Both the position numbers and the translations under genes were made by a program. The notes under the pieces were generated by a model. It did not search any database. It saw only the letters and a program-made list of their open reading frames with translations, and had not been told where the DNA came from. Shown here one piece after another: positions 28,715 to 28,750 of a DNA stretch of 28,750 nt. Positions within the stretch are counted from its first letter, which is position 1. Every line of letters begins with the position of its first letter. Location of the stretch: the sequence record SRR2962707_1578. One strand, 5' to 3'.

Positions 28715-28750
28715 GCGGGAGTGGTGGAATTGGTAGACACGCTGGATTTA
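28715..28750 (+). tRNA. tRNA-Leu (probably TAG anticodon), truncated by the window end
   Basis: GCGGGAG-TG-GTGG-AATTGGTAG-ACAC-G-CTGGA-TTTA: acceptor 5' strand, Leu-type D arm and an anticodon starting TA. The third anticodon base is outside the window. Confidence 0.88.

Overview
A 28.75-kb core-chromosome segment of a marine gammaproteobacterium. Gene order and protein style suggest Oceanospirillales, Marinomonas-like (inference). Order: 3' part of a PfkB sugar kinase (+); then on the minus strand a DEDDh exonuclease, a cNMP-CBS-CBS-nucleotidyltransferase (DUF294/COG2905-type) protein, a TMEM165/GDT1 transporter under a yybP-ykoY (Mn2+) riboswitch, a BCCT transporter, hemW, rdgB, metW, metX, rsmD and a degenerate M16-peptidase-like protein; then ftsY-ftsE-ftsX-rpoH (+); tonB-like, gshB, ompA-like, tolC-like, rsmE and metK (-); then tkt-epd-pgk-fba (+) and the start of a tRNA-Leu. 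I see no mobile elements, CRISPR arrays or prophage. Most interesting: (i) the translationally coupled nucleotidyltransferase/exonuclease pair beside two transporters, a candidate writer/eraser signalling system; (ii) a SAM-II riboswitch with a complete terminator/antiterminator switch upstream of metK; (iii) a structured, operator-rich 464-bp region upstream of the BCCT gene; (iv) a hairpin- and GGA-rich pgk-fba spacer; (v) an orphan, apparently non-catalytic M16-like protein beside an FtsY with a predicted N-terminal membrane anchor. All calls come from reading the sequence by eye; no searches were run.
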